From Pseudogymnoascus verrucosus (Eukaryota): a DNA stretch of 64,000 nt. Below are positions 63,978 to 64,000 of the stretch, in pieces (positions within the stretch are counted from its first letter, which is position 1; each line of letters starts with the position of its first letter). Location: NCBI GenBank assembly GCA_001662655.1, contig KV460285.1; one strand, written 5' to 3'. The notes below the pieces were generated by a model that saw only the letters and a program-made list of their open reading frames with translations, was not told the DNA's origin and did not search any database. A program made the translations under genes and the position numbers.

Positions 63978-64000
63978 GGAAACAAGCCCTAACCCTTCCT

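Overview
Eukaryotic DNA from a filamentous ascomycete: GT-AG introns with CTAAC/CTGAC branch sites, Zn(II)2Cys6 factors and Pth11-like receptors. A Leotiomycete is my unverified guess. About 20 protein-coding loci; no rRNA, tRNA, CRISPR or intact transposon seen. Left (1-22 kb): sulfite oxidase, a Zn2Cys6 activator paired with an AROM-derived pseudoenzyme repressor (GaaR/GaaX- or QutA/QutR-type), and a divergent hexose transporter with an E-box-rich promoter. Middle (22-48 kb), accessory-looking: a broken cupin gene, a frameshifted Zn2Cys6 gene, a GH43, a TF/FAD-monooxygenase pair, a secreted protein ending in a knottin-type Cys motif, a Pth11-like receptor fused to a FucP-type MFS domain, two APC permeases, a second Pth11-like receptor, a GNAT and an F-box-like gene with an in-frame stop. 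Right (48-64 kb): conserved genes (Mug65/Spo73-like, small mitochondrial protein, RPC1, KH/PPR protein, DUG1, LTA4 hydrolase). Best novelty candidate: the receptor-permease fusion, whose MFS half appears to lack the proton-coupling Asp. All calls come from reading motifs by eye; no searches were run.
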